64,000 nucleotides of DNA, taken from positions 5,827 through 69,826 of the forward strand of contig JACRCZ010000074.1 in the NCBI GenBank assembly GCA_016218765.1, in the 5' to 3' direction. The position numbers and the translations under genes were made by a program. Positions 29,881 through 39,980 of the stretch are shown here, in pieces. This DNA comes from Deltaproteobacteria bacterium. Lineage in GTDB: Bacteria > Myxococcota_A > Polyangia > DRWM01 > JAAZOP01. Under the pieces are notes generated by a model that saw only the letters and a list, made by a program, of their open reading frames with translations, searched no databases and was not told the DNA's origin. The first letter of the stretch is position 1. Every line of letters begins with the position of its first letter.

Positions 29881-30999
29881 GTGCGTGCATCGATCTGGTT
29901 CTCGCTCGGACTCGTGCCGTGCCTCCTGGTCGCCTGCCAGAAGCGCGATGCCGCCGCACCGCCGCCCGAGGCTTCGCCGAATCCCGCGAGCGCGCGGGCG
30001 CCGAGCGTACCGGAACGGCCGCCGACCGCTCCGTCGGCGGCGGATTCCGACGCCCGAGCGCCTTCTCCCGAGTCTCCCGCGGCGCCCCCGGCGCCCGAAC
30101 CGGCGACTCCGCCGCGGTCCGAACCCCCCGCGGCGCCTCCGACGCCCGCGGCGCCGGCGTCCCGGGCGGCCCAGCTGGCGAACCTCGTTCGAACGGCGGC
30201 TTCGGGAGCGGACGAGATCCGCGACGTCGCGGCATTTCTCAAGGAGCACGTACCGGCCGTCTTCGACGACGGTCTGGAGCGTACCTTCCCCGCACGAGCC
30301 CGGATCCGCGCGATGACGCTCGAAAACGAGGGGGCCGTCGTCGGCGTGCTGCTCCGGCTGGCCCCGCCCGAGTACTTCGCGTGCGACAATACCGCCGTCC
30401 CGTCGATCTTCGGATTGCTCCTGGCGCGGGATCCGGAGACCGGCGAGGAGTTCCTCGTCGCCGGCCCGGACCAGCAGACCCGTGTCTTCGACGGAGTCGA
30501 CGTGAAGCTGGAGTTCCCCGCCGACTTCGCGACTGCCCGGTCGTTCGGGGTCGCCTACCGGTACGACGGCAACAAGGACTGCCCGAACTTGAGCGCGCCG
30601 TCCGGGCTGTACATGGATCTCTTCACGGTGAGCCTCGACTCGCTGGAGGTGCTCGACACCGTCGAGCTGGACCGCGAGCGGGATGATCGGGGCAGGTTGA
30701 TCGTCGACCGCGCGAAGGTGGACTGGCTCGCCGGCTCCTCCGGCCCGCTCCTCGCCGTCCGACAGTTCCGCTCCGAGACGCTTTCCGAGGAGGCGGGGGG
30801 GGCGCCCGGCGGGTCCCTCTCCTGTCGGCTGATGATCGTCGTGTATGTCCTCCATGCCGAGGGGCAGTGGGAGGGGATGGAGGGAGACGACCTGGCCGGC
30901 CTGCGGTCCGACGAGCCCACCCTGCGGCACCTGCCGGAGTCCGCAGAAGGCGACGCTCCGCAAGAGTGCGACGCGCTGCGGCGGAAGCTCGACGGATGA
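29881..30999 (+). CDS. Hypothetical lipoprotein with Pro/Ala-rich linker
   Basis: Purine-rich RBS before GTG; LVPCLLVA-C lipobox. Confidence 0.7.
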   Translation: MRASIWFSLGLVPCLLVACQKRDAAAPPPEASPNPASARAPSVPERPPTAPSAADSDARAPSPESPAAPPAPEPATPPRSEPPAAPPTPAAPASRAAQLANLVRTAASGADEIRDVAAFLKEHVPAVFDDGLERTFPARARIRAMTLENEGAVVGVLLRLAPPEYFACDNTAVPSIFGLLLARDPETGEEFLVAGPDQQTRVFDGVDVKLEFPADFATARSFGVAYRYDGNKDCPNLSAPSGLYMDLFTVSLDSLEVLDTVELDRERDDRGRLIVDRAKVDWLAGSSGPLLAVRQFRSETLSEEAGGAPGGSLSCRLMIVVYVLHAEGQWEGMEGDDLAGLRSDEPTLRHLPESAEGDAPQECDALRRKLDG

Positions 31000-31084
31000 C
31001 GTGAGCAAGAACCGGCCTGCCGGGCAGTGGAAGTGAACCGCGAGCTTCGGCCTGGGCGACTTCGGCACGACAGCCAGGCCTGCC

Positions 31085-31552
31085 TCACGACGACGGTTCC
31101 AGCGCCGCGAAAGGTACCAGGACTTCGGGCGAGAACCGGATCGCGGCACCCTCGAACACCGGACGCACGACCCCCTCCAGCGACTCGGTCCCGGGAAGAT
31201 CCTCCAGCGCCAGCCACCTCTCGACGACCTCGCCGTCGCGCCACGACAGGACCAGGACGATCGACCAGTCCCTGTGCGCGGTGGCGGGCGCCAGGATCGA
31301 GACCAGACTGCCCCGGTCCGTGACCGCCAGCCGCTCGGTCTGGCTACAGCCCCGCGTCTCGGCCCACCGCCGCTCCTTGGGCCGGCAGTCCGGCCCGGCG
31401 AACACCTCGACGTCCGAGAAGCACCCGCCGCCCGATAGAGCGCTCAGGCGCACGTCGAAGGAGTACTCGCCGCCCGCCGAGGCGCGGCACTCCGCCCGGG
31501 CCGGGGACGCCCAGGCCGGAACGATCAGGAAGACGATGATGGCGGTTCGCAT
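31085..31552 (-). CDS. Small secreted hypothetical protein
   Basis: Signal peptide MRTAIIVFLIVPAWASPARA; four Cys. Confidence 0.65.
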   Translation of the reverse strand: MRTAIIVFLIVPAWASPARAECRASAGGEYSFDVRLSALSGGGCFSDVEVFAGPDCRPKERRWAETRGCSQTERLAVTDRGSLVSILAPATAHRDWSIVLVLSWRDGEVVERWLALEDLPGTESLEGVVRPVFEGAAIRFSPEVLVPFAALEPSS

Positions 31553-31886
31553 GTCCCTTCGTGGCCTCCGCGGCGGATTCCGTGACGCCGCACGCCCGGC
31601 GGGTATTCTGACAGGACCCGGCGTTCGGCGGCGGGTCAGGCGAACGGCCCGGCCGTCGCCGCGACTGCGTCGACGACGCTATCGGGCATCGCGGTCCTGT
31701 CGCAGCAACGCCCGGACCTCCGTGGAACTCCGCAGGCCGCTGGAGCGGACCGCAGCCGGGACCCCCCGCACCGATCTCGCCGCTTCGGCGTCACGGTCTC
31801 CCCTGCTGTCGGGTGCTGTCGAGTGCTTGACGTCCCGGACGCGCGGATCCAACTTGGCGGAGTGGGGTACGCTTCGGGAGGAGCCG

Positions 31887-32288
31887 ATGGGACCTTTCGA
31901 GCGGTCGCTGGACGAGTGCGGTCCGTGGATGTACGTGCTGCTCGGCGTCGCGGTGGTCGCGGCCGACGCGATCGTCGAGCGGTGGATCGCGCTCTTCTTC
32001 CGCCACCGCATCCGCGCGCCGCTGCTGCTCGACCAGCTCGAAAAGCTGATCCGCGCGGGCAATCTCGACCGCGCCCGCAAGCTGTCCCACGCGATCGGCC
32101 GCGACGTCCCGCTGGACCGGGTCGTCGCGGCGGGATTCGACCACGCGGACGACGGACCCGCCGCGGCCGAGGGGGCGATGACGGCGGCGGCCGAATCCGT
32201 GCGGCCGCTGATCCGCCCGGGGCTCGGCGCCCTGCCCCGTCTCGGCAACCTCGGGTCGCCGCCCGGCGGGGGACACGTCGAATCGTGA
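31887..32288 (+). pseudogene. Truncated MotA/TolQ/ExbB-family proton channel gene
   Basis: GAGGAG RBS; GPWMYVLL...IVERW TM1 and cytoplasmic loop; breaks off at LPRLGNLG before TM2/TM3. Confidence 0.7.
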
Positions 32289-32302
32289 TCGGGAGCGTGC
32301 GC

Positions 32303-32731
32303 ATGCGGATGGACAACGTCGGCATCGTGGTAGAATCCCTCGAAGACGCCATCTCTTTTTTCGCCGAGCTTGGCCTCGAGCTCGAAGGGCGAGCCACGAT
32401 CGAAGGAGACTGGGCCGAGCGTGTCACCGGACTGCGCCCCATGCGCGTCGAGATCGCCATGATGCGCACCCCCGACGGCCACAGCCGGCTCGAGATCTCG
32501 CGATTCCTGACCCCGCCTGCGGTCGCCGATCATCGGAACGCCCCGGTGAACGCTCTCGGCTACCTGCGCATCATGTTCGCCGTGGACGACATCGACGAGA
32601 CGCTCGCCAGGCTTCGCAAGCGCGGCGCGCAACTCGTCGGCGAAGTGGCCGAGTACGAGGACATGTATCGGCTCTGCTACATCCGCGGCCCCGAAGGACT
32701 TCTCATCGGTCTCGCCCAGAAACTCGGCTGA
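32303..32731 (+). CDS. VOC (glyoxalase/bleomycin resistance) family protein
   Basis: MDNVGIVVESLEDAISFF...LRIMFAVDDIDE...LCYIRGPEG. Confidence 0.92.
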   Translation: MRMDNVGIVVESLEDAISFFAELGLELEGRATIEGDWAERVTGLRPMRVEIAMMRTPDGHSRLEISRFLTPPAVADHRNAPVNALGYLRIMFAVDDIDETLARLRKRGAQLVGEVAEYEDMYRLCYIRGPEGLLIGLAQKLG

Positions 32732-33092
32732 CGCCCGTGTCAGGCGAATTTCGCACAGGGGGATCCCGTCGCCACGCCGGGTGACGCGTCCCAGGCGCCG
32801 ATCGACGTCTCCACGAGCCCCAGGCCCGCCTGGGAGGGGACTTGGACCCAGGGCTACGGACAACTTCGCCATCCTCAACAACACGGCGCTCGCGTCGCAG
32901 GCCCTGGCGGGGCTTGTCGGCATCGCGAAGGCCGAGAGGCGGGGGGAATCCAGTGGGGCACAAGGCGGCACGGGGTACGAGGGCGGGATCGGGCGGGCGG
33001 GGCGGATGCGGGGCCGGATTCCCGTGGGGGCGCCGGACGGGCTTTCCCGCCAGGAACTTGCCGGGCGAGCCGGGCCTGCGTAGGTTCCGGGC

Positions 33093-33338
33093 ATGGCCGA
33101 ACGGATGACATTCGAGGAAATCGAGCGGTCGTTCCCTGGCGAATGGGTCGTGGTAAGGGACTTCGTTCCGGACGACTCCAAGATGATCCGGGACGGCGTG
33201 CTCGTGGGGCACACGTCGGACCGCGCGGAAGCTCATCGCCTGTTGGGAACGTTCGAGGGCGGCTTCGCCATCTGGTGGACCGGGCCCTTCTCCCACGATT
33301 TCTGCGGGCACCTGCACTTGTACACGAAGCATGGGTAG
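33093..33338 (+). CDS. Small hypothetical protein (DUF5678-like)
   Basis: MTFEEIERSFPGEWVVV...GVLVGHTSDR pattern; overlaps the next gene. Confidence 0.7.
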   Translation: MAERMTFEEIERSFPGEWVVVRDFVPDDSKMIRDGVLVGHTSDRAEAHRLLGTFEGGFAIWWTGPFSHDFCGHLHLYTKHG

Positions 33339-33747
33339 CCTCCCGTTCACGTCGGACGACGGCCTGGTCCGTGTTCCCGTCCTGGTCTGGGGCTGCGGAA
33401 GGGAGCTGAGCAGTCTGAGCTTCGTGGTCGATACCGGAACCCCGCGTACGCTACTCGACGTCGGGGCCGCGGCGAACCTCGGTTTCAACTCCGAACGCGC
33501 GGTCCGTCGTTCTCGTGTCCGCACTGCCGTCGGTTCGGAGGAGGGGTACATCGTGGTTGTGTCTCGCCTTCGGAGTTTGGGTTGGGAGCGGGGCACCTTC
33601 GAAATCGCGTGCCACCAACTCGCGGCAACCGCCCAGGTCGATGGTCTGCTGGGCGCCGATTTCTTCGCGGGCCTCGTGCTCACCGTCAACTACGCCGCCG
33701 GTACCGTGGACCTGGCCGAGCCGGCTCCGGCCGCGAGTCCGGGCTGA
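33331..33747 (+). CDS. Retropepsin-like (clan AA) aspartic protease
   Basis: FVVDTGT catalytic motif and GLLGADFF; no signal peptide. Confidence 0.88.
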   Translation: MGSLPFTSDDGLVRVPVLVWGCGRELSSLSFVVDTGTPRTLLDVGAAANLGFNSERAVRRSRVRTAVGSEEGYIVVVSRLRSLGWERGTFEIACHQLAATAQVDGLLGADFFAGLVLTVNYAAGTVDLAEPAPAASPG

Positions 33748-33980
33748 TCCGCCAGACGCGCAGCCGGCAGGGCGCCCGGCTCGTCTCCTGCTTCACGATG
33801 CCCCGTAGGATGTCGAGCCGGTCGGCGGGCGCCTCGGCAGACAGGAAGTCGGGGATGGTCGTCTGCCGTCTCGTTGAAGAGGGCGCGCGCCGGCCGCCCT
33901 CGGTCGAATGGCGGGGCGGCGCGGGAGTTGACCTGTGAGAGCGACTGCGCGAGGCTCGGGGCGCGGCGCGGAGGCCGATC

Positions 33981-34811
33981 ATGACGAACACGATGGCACG
34001 AGCGGCGGGGGGATGGGTGGCGCTGTTCGGCGCCGTTTGCGGCGCCTGCGGACCGTCGACCGCGGCGAGCGTCCCCCCGCCGGCGACGTCCACGAACCGG
34101 GGGCCGGCGGCGGAGCCGTGCGAGGCGTTCCCGACCCCTGTCGCCGTCCGCGACGCGCAAACGGCGATTCGGTGCTCGTACGCGTCCCTGCTCGCCCGCG
34201 GGCTGGAAGACGGCTTCACCTACGACGGCGCCGAGCACCTCGCGGTGCGGTTTCCCTCGGGCGACGAAGGCGCGGTCGTCGCCATCGGTTTCTCGGGAAT
34301 CGTTCGCGGGTACCTCTTCCTCTACCGCATCCACGGCGATGCCGCCGAGCTGGTCGCGCTCGACACCGAAGGACAGGACTGGGGCATTCGCTCGTTGCAG
34401 GACCTGGATGCCGAGGCGCCGCTGGAGATCGTGGACCTGTTTCCTGCCGACCGACGCCACGTCGTCGTCAAGGTGACGGGGGCGGTGCATCCCGGTACGG
34501 GCCTGTGGGCCGACGGGTACTTCGAGCTTCGCGAGGTGACCGACGGCGGGCTTCCCCTGCTCTTCAGCGGGGCGGAGACGTCGGGCAACTACAACTTCGA
34601 CGGCTTCGCCCTGCACCGCACCTTCGCCTTCGAGGACCTCGACGGCGACGGAACGAGGGAGATCGTCGAACAGGGCACGGACTGCGACGCCGTGCAGGAC
34701 GAAGCCGGCGACTGGCGGGAGGTCGACTGCGCGCCGGTCCGCACGGAACACCGCTGGAACGGCGCGCGCTTCGAGCCGCCGGGCCCCGGCAACGTCCTGC
34801 TCGCGCCCTGA
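33981..34811 (+). CDS. Hypothetical lipoprotein
   Basis: LFGAVCGA-C; EDLDGDGTREIV Ca-binding-like motif; ...HRWNGARF end. Confidence 0.7.
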   Translation: MTNTMARAAGGWVALFGAVCGACGPSTAASVPPPATSTNRGPAAEPCEAFPTPVAVRDAQTAIRCSYASLLARGLEDGFTYDGAEHLAVRFPSGDEGAVVAIGFSGIVRGYLFLYRIHGDAAELVALDTEGQDWGIRSLQDLDAEAPLEIVDLFPADRRHVVVKVTGAVHPGTGLWADGYFELREVTDGGLPLLFSGAETSGNYNFDGFALHRTFAFEDLDGDGTREIVEQGTDCDAVQDEAGDWREVDCAPVRTEHRWNGARFEPPGPGNVLLAP

Positions 34812-35094
34812 GCTCGCGCCGCAGACTCGGCTCGGGACGCGCCGCGGCGGCGGCCTGGACGGCCGGCGAGATGTCGCTGCGGTTCATGTGGAAACGCTCG
34901 CCTGGAAGCGCGGGCTTCGGTCGCGTGGCGCGCGAGCCTCTCCCCGTTCCGCGGCCTGGGAGTGTCGCGGGACGACACGAGTACCGTGAACCGAACCGCG
35001 GCACTCGCGGCGTCCCAAGCCCGCGCTTCTCCGCGGTTGCCTCCACTCGGGCTGCCCGAGGACACGCCGCAAGGGCCGCCGCCCCCCGACAGGG

Positions 35095-38000
35095 CTAGCG
35101 CGGTGCCCCCGCAGGAGGAACGACCCCCAGGCTCTCCAGCCAGGCGTCAACGGCGGCCAGCCCGTCGCGGCCGCGCACGCGCAGCGCAACGAACTCCTCG
35201 CGGGCCCTGTTCGCGGCTTCAAGCGCGCGGTCGCGGTCCGCTCCGGCGGCGATGAGAGCCTGCGCCAGGCCGAAGCGGGCACGGGCCAGCTCGAGGGCAT
35301 CGATTCCGCCCTCCTCGAACAGGGAGATGGCGCGATCGAACGAGGCGGCGGCCGCGGCGTGCCGGCCGAGCGCGAGCTGCGCTTCGCCAACGCCGGCGTG
35401 GGTGTAGCCCATCATCGGGTGATCCGGTCCGAGGCTGGCCTTCCCGATCTCGACGGTCCGCTCCTGGGCCGCGAGGGCCTCGTCCAGCCGTCCCAGGGCG
35501 CCGAGCGCGCGGCCGAGGTAGAAGCTCATGGTGGCGGCCATCACGTGGTCCGGACCCAGCTCGCGAACGGCAAGGTCGTAGCCTTCCTGCTGGATCTCGA
35601 CGGCCCGAGCGGCATCCCCCTTGAGCCGGCAAGCGTCGCCCTTGCCGAAGTAGAGGGCGAGGCGGTGCTGGACGTCCTGTTCCGCGGTCGAGGCGGAGAC
35701 ACGGAGGCCCCGGTCGAAGGCGGCGACGGCATCGTCGTACCTCCCGGCGCCCGTCAGGATCTGGCCGTACTCGCCGAGGATGACGGACAGCGCCGACTGC
35801 TCGGTGCCCATCGCGCGCTCGGCAACCGCCAGCGCGCGCTCGAAGAGCGGCAACGCCTCGTCGGCCCGACCCAGCATGCCGAGCGTCCAGGCATACTCCG
35901 ACAGGGCGAAGGCGACCTCGGGGTGTTCGGGGCCGAGCGCGCGCTCGGCCATCGCGGCGGCCCGTTTCACGTACGGGAGCGACTCGACGTGGCTGCCGAG
36001 GTCCTGGTAGACGACGCCGATTCCCTTCACAACCTCGGCCGCGTCCCGCGATTCGCCCCGGCCGGAGCGTTCCAGGCGGTCGAGCGCCGCGCGAAGGTGT
36101 TCGATCGCGGGATCGTGACGTCCCAACCCGAACTCGAGCCAGCCGAGGTTGGCATCCAGGCGCCAGCGGGAGGCGGACGCGGACCCGGAGCGCTCGATGA
36201 TCGCCTCGGCGCAACGCGCCCAGAGCCGGGCGGGCTCGACCTGGTTCAGCCGATAGCCCGCGACGTAGACCATGCGGACGGCGGCGTCGGCGGCGTCCGC
36301 ATCGTCCCCCGCCGACAGCAACGCCCAGGCGGCGTCGGCCAGCTCCGTCGCGGCTTCCCCGAACTTCGACCCGGCCTGATGCGCCGCCCCGAGCAGGAGC
36401 CGGGCCTCGGCCTCGACCGGCCGGAACCGGCTGGCGCCGGCTTCCCGGAGCAAGCCGGCGGCGAGCGCGACGGCGGCGTCCGAGCGGTACAAATCGATGA
36501 GCGCCCAGCCGCGTGCCGCGCGCGCGCGGATGCTTCGCACCTTCTCGCGCACCGTGGAATCGGCCGGGAGGGACGCCCCCCCACCGGCGAGGCGAGCGGG
36601 GTCGGCGCAGTCGGCGACGGCAGCCAGCCCCTGGGTGGCGTCGACCGCGTGTTCGACGGTGGACGAGTCCGCCTCGGCGAACAGGCCGGTGAGGGCGCGA
36701 AACTGGTCGAGGCGCTGGACCAGGCACTCGTCGCGGCGCTGGGCGCCGTCCGGGCCGGGGTCGGCGCCGGCGCGCGCCGCCTCGCACGCGGCGCGTCGCG
36801 ACCTCGTCCACTCCTGCGCGTAGCCGTCGAGGGATGCCGCGACCCGCTCGAACGTCTGTTCCGCGAACGGCGCCCGGGTGGCGAGGAACGCCGTGCGCAT
36901 GCGGGTCCGGACTCCCGCATCCCACACGCCGGCCGGGAGCGCTCCGGCCGCGGAGCAGGCTTCCTCCTGCGTTTGGCGCCAGGCGAGCCAGGACCAGGCC
37001 GCCGCCAGTGCGACCAGCAACGCCGCACCGACCGCGGCCAGGCGTCGCCAACGGGCGCCGCGATCCCTGGTCAGCTCGGCGACCAGTGCCTCCATCGAAT
37101 CGAACCGCGCATCCGGCGCCGCCGACAGTCCCCGCACCACGAGGGTGCGGAGCCACGCGGGAACGGAGGACCCGGCCGGCGGGGGCCGCAGGCGGCCCTT
37201 GCGCGCCGAGGCCAGGATTTCGCCGAGGGTGTCGCCGGGATACGGCAGATCCCCGTAGAGAGCCTCGTACAGCGCCGCGCAGAAGCTGAACTGGTCGCTC
37301 CGCGCGTCCACCTCGCCCCCGACGAGCTGCTCGGGCGGCATGTAGGCGGGCGTCCCGAGGATCGCGCCGTGCTGGGTCAGGTTCGATTCCAGCACGGGGC
37401 CCGCGCCCGAGAGCCGGGAGGGCGCCGGCCGGTCCGGCTCGACTCCGGTCAGGGTCGGGGATGACGACCGCCGCTGCGAGCGAGCGAGGCCGAAGTCGGC
37501 GACGCGCACGCGCCCGTCCGCACCGAGGAGGACGTTGCTGGGCTTGAAGTCGCGGTGCACCAGCCCGGCGCGGTGGGCGGCCGCGAGCCCCCGCCCGGCC
37601 GCCGCGAACAGGTCCAGAATCTCGCGTCGCGGCGGGCGGCTCCCCGCGAGACGCTCGGCCAGGGTTCCTCCCTCGACCATCTCCATGGCCACGAATACCG
37701 CATCCCCGAACGCGCCCACGTCGTGCACGGCGAGGACGTTCGGATGGGACAGGCGCGCCATCGCCTGGGCTTCGCGCAGCATGCGGAGCCGAGCGCCCTC
37801 CGGGCCTTCCTCGGCGCCGACCTCGGGACGCATCAGCTTGAGCGCCACCTTGCGGTCCAGCTCGGGGTCGTAGGCCGCGTAGACCACGGCCATGCCGCCC
37901 TCGCCGAGCCGGTCGAGCACGACGTACCGGCCGATGCTCGCGCCCCGCCGGAGGTCGAGCGGCGCGCCGGGCCATGTCGGACGCGGGGCGCCGGCCGACA

Positions 38001-38145
38001 CCTCCACCGTCGGCGCGTCGGGCGCGGCATCGGGACGCGCGCGCACGGCTCGCGTCTCCGCCGCGCCCGGGTCCGGCGGCAGCGTATCCGCGAGGTCGGC
38101 CCCGTTCTTCGGCGGAAGCGGTGTCGGTGCATCCATCCGGGACAT
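35095..38145 (-). CDS. Membrane Ser/Thr protein kinase with C-terminal TPR repeats
   Basis: LGEGGMAVVY, VALK, HRDFKPSN, DFG, GTPAYMPPE; one TM; LGPEHP/LGPDHP TPR repeats. Confidence 0.95.
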   Translation of the reverse strand: MSRMDAPTPLPPKNGADLADTLPPDPGAAETRAVRARPDAAPDAPTVEVSAGAPRPTWPGAPLDLRRGASIGRYVVLDRLGEGGMAVVYAAYDPELDRKVALKLMRPEVGAEEGPEGARLRMLREAQAMARLSHPNVLAVHDVGAFGDAVFVAMEMVEGGTLAERLAGSRPPRREILDLFAAAGRGLAAAHRAGLVHRDFKPSNVLLGADGRVRVADFGLARSQRRSSSPTLTGVEPDRPAPSRLSGAGPVLESNLTQHGAILGTPAYMPPEQLVGGEVDARSDQFSFCAALYEALYGDLPYPGDTLGEILASARKGRLRPPPAGSSVPAWLRTLVVRGLSAAPDARFDSMEALVAELTRDRGARWRRLAAVGAALLVALAAAWSWLAWRQTQEEACSAAGALPAGVWDAGVRTRMRTAFLATRAPFAEQTFERVAASLDGYAQEWTRSRRAACEAARAGADPGPDGAQRRDECLVQRLDQFRALTGLFAEADSSTVEHAVDATQGLAAVADCADPARLAGGGASLPADSTVREKVRSIRARAARGWALIDLYRSDAAVALAAGLLREAGASRFRPVEAEARLLLGAAHQAGSKFGEAATELADAAWALLSAGDDADAADAAVRMVYVAGYRLNQVEPARLWARCAEAIIERSGSASASRWRLDANLGWLEFGLGRHDPAIEHLRAALDRLERSGRGESRDAAEVVKGIGVVYQDLGSHVESLPYVKRAAAMAERALGPEHPEVAFALSEYAWTLGMLGRADEALPLFERALAVAERAMGTEQSALSVILGEYGQILTGAGRYDDAVAAFDRGLRVSASTAEQDVQHRLALYFGKGDACRLKGDAARAVEIQQEGYDLAVRELGPDHVMAATMSFYLGRALGALGRLDEALAAQERTVEIGKASLGPDHPMMGYTHAGVGEAQLALGRHAAAAASFDRAISLFEEGGIDALELARARFGLAQALIAAGADRDRALEAANRAREEFVALRVRGRDGLAAVDAWLESLGVVPPAGAPR

Positions 38146-38261
38146 GCCCCATTCACGGTAGGCCGGAGACGTTGAGGCGATGCGCGCCGGTGGCCGCCCG
38201 GCGGAAGGCCGTACCCGACACGGCCGCTTCGCACATCCTCGCGCCGCAACGCCGGCGAAGC

Positions 38262-39185
38262 CTACGACACCGGCCGCGGCAGCAGCCCGGCACGCTCGGC
38301 GATCTCCGGTACGCGGTGCTCCCACTCGATCGCCATGAGGTGCACGCCGGAGACGCCTTTCATCGCCCGCAGCTCCGCGATCTGCTCGCACGCGATGCGA
38401 ATGCCCTCGTCCGCGACCTGCTTCTTCGGCACCCCGCCCAGCCGCCGGAGCAGCGCCTCCGGCACGTCCATCCCCGGCACCTTCTGCTGCATGTACGTCG
38501 CCATCGCGACGCTCTTGAGCGGCGTGATGCCGGCCAGGAGGAACACGCGGTCCAGCACGCCCAGCTCGCCGGCCTGGTCCACGAACTCGGCGAAGCGCTT
38601 CATGTTGAAGACGCACTGCGTCTGCACGAAGTCCGCCCCGGCCCGCACCTTCTTCGCCAGCCGCCGCGCCCGGAACTGCGGCAGATCCGCGAAGGGGTTG
38701 GCCGCGGCCCCCAGAAAAATCCGCGGCGGCGTCTCCACCGGCCGGCCGGAGAGGAACTTCCCGTCGTCCCGCATCCCGCGCACCGCCTGCAGGAGCTGCA
38801 ACGAATCGATGTCGTAGACGCTCTTCGCCTCGGGATGGTCGCCGAACTCCTGCAGGTCGCCCGAGAGGCAGAGCAGGTTGCGAATGCCGTTGGCGGACGC
38901 GCCGAGCACGTCGGCCTGCATCGCCAGCCGGTTCCGGTCGCGGCAGACCATCTGGTACACCGGCTCCAGGCCCTCCTGAAGCGCGATCAGCGACGCGCCC
39001 CAGCTCGACATGCGCACCACCGCGGTCTGGTTGTCCGTGACGTTGACGGCATCGACCCGCCCGCGCAGGAACGCCGCCTTGCGCCGCAACGCCTCGACGT
39101 CGGCCCCGCGCGGCGGCCCCAGCTCCGCGGTGAAGGCGAAGTGCCCCGCCCGCAGGACGCGCTCCAGGTTGCTCCCGGCCTTCAT
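38262..39185 (-). CDS. metF: Methylenetetrahydrofolate reductase, MetF subunit (anaerobe type)
   Basis: TAELGPPRG, NVTDNQTA, CRDRNRLA, LSGD, KKVRAGADFVQTQ, GVHLM. Confidence 0.95.
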   Translation of the reverse strand: MKAGSNLERVLRAGHFAFTAELGPPRGADVEALRRKAAFLRGRVDAVNVTDNQTAVVRMSSWGASLIALQEGLEPVYQMVCRDRNRLAMQADVLGASANGIRNLLCLSGDLQEFGDHPEAKSVYDIDSLQLLQAVRGMRDDGKFLSGRPVETPPRIFLGAAANPFADLPQFRARRLAKKVRAGADFVQTQCVFNMKRFAEFVDQAGELGVLDRVFLLAGITPLKSVAMATYMQQKVPGMDVPEALLRRLGGVPKKQVADEGIRIACEQIAELRAMKGVSGVHLMAIEWEHRVPEIAERAGLLPRPVS

Positions 39186-39472
39186 CCGCCGCCCACCAGC
39201 ATCGTGATCGCCAGCACGTCGCCCTCGCCCAGCGGCCGGTCGAGCTGATCGCGACGCAGCCAATCCCGGTTGTTGTGCACGATCTGGAACGACAGGTCGA
39301 GCCTCCCCTGGTCGTCGAGCAGGAAGCGGCGGAGCCCGTCGCCGCCGCGCGCCGCGAGCGCACGGACGGCGTCGGCCACCGTGCCGCCGTCGACGTCGAG
39401 CGGCAGCGACCTTCCGCCCGCGAGCTTCGCGGCATTGGGCAGCCCGAGGAACTCGACCGTCACGCGGATCAT
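39182..39472 (-). CDS. MoaD/ThiS-family ubiquitin-like protein
   Basis: 96 aa beta-grasp pattern, LGEGDVLAI, C-terminal VGGG; overlaps both neighbours. Confidence 0.9.
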   Translation of the reverse strand: MIRVTVEFLGLPNAAKLAGGRSLPLDVDGGTVADAVRALAARGGDGLRRFLLDDQGRLDLSFQIVHNNRDWLRRDQLDRPLGEGDVLAITMLVGGG

Positions 39473-39969
39473 CGCCCCGCCAGCAGCTCCGCGCCGGAGC
39501 GATCGGCCTCGAGCAGCCGGCGCGCGGCGACGCGGCCCTTCCCGATGCCGACGTCGCCCGGCTCGGCGTACGTCACCGCGTGGACCTCGCAGAACCTCGC
39601 GCACTGCGGCTCGCCCTCGCACAGGTCGCACTTGATCACCTTGCGCTCCGAGGGGACGAAGTGCATCGCCCCGAACGGGCAGACGGAGACGCAGGTGCGG
39701 CAGCCGATGCACTTGTCGTAGTCGACGGCCACCGCGCCCAGCGCCTCGTCCCGGGCGATGGCCTTGGAGGGGCAGGCCTTCTGGCACGGCGCGTCCTGGC
39801 ACTGCTGGCAGGCCATCGGGACGTAGACGCCCTCGCCCTCCCACTTGATGACGCGGATGCGGCTCTTGGTCGGGTTGGAGACCCCGTGGTGCCGCACCGC
39901 GCACACCAGCTCGCAGAGGCGGCAGCCCGTGCACTTCTCGTGGTCGATCTGCAGCAGCTTGTGGCTCAT
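39469..39969 (-). CDS. 4x[4Fe-4S] electron-transfer subunit (DmsB/HydN/AorA-like)
   Basis: CTGCRLCELVC, CQQCQDAPCQKACP, CIGCRTCVSVCP, KCDLCEGEPQCARFC. Confidence 0.93.
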   Translation of the reverse strand: MSHKLLQIDHEKCTGCRLCELVCAVRHHGVSNPTKSRIRVIKWEGEGVYVPMACQQCQDAPCQKACPSKAIARDEALGAVAVDYDKCIGCRTCVSVCPFGAMHFVPSERKVIKCDLCEGEPQCARFCEVHAVTYAEPGDVGIGKGRVAARRLLEADRSGAELLAGR

Positions 39970-39980
39970 GGCGCGCCTCC

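Noticed and set aside
32781-33083. Short ORF with DNFAILNNTALA, faintly like an ISAs1 transposase C-terminus
   Set aside because: Too short, with no catalytic motifs or terminal repeats; cannot be supported.
38146-39435. Apparent 430-aa N-terminal extension of the Ser/Thr kinase
   Set aside because: It overlaps metF and the MoaD-like gene in other frames; the kinase more plausibly starts at 38145.
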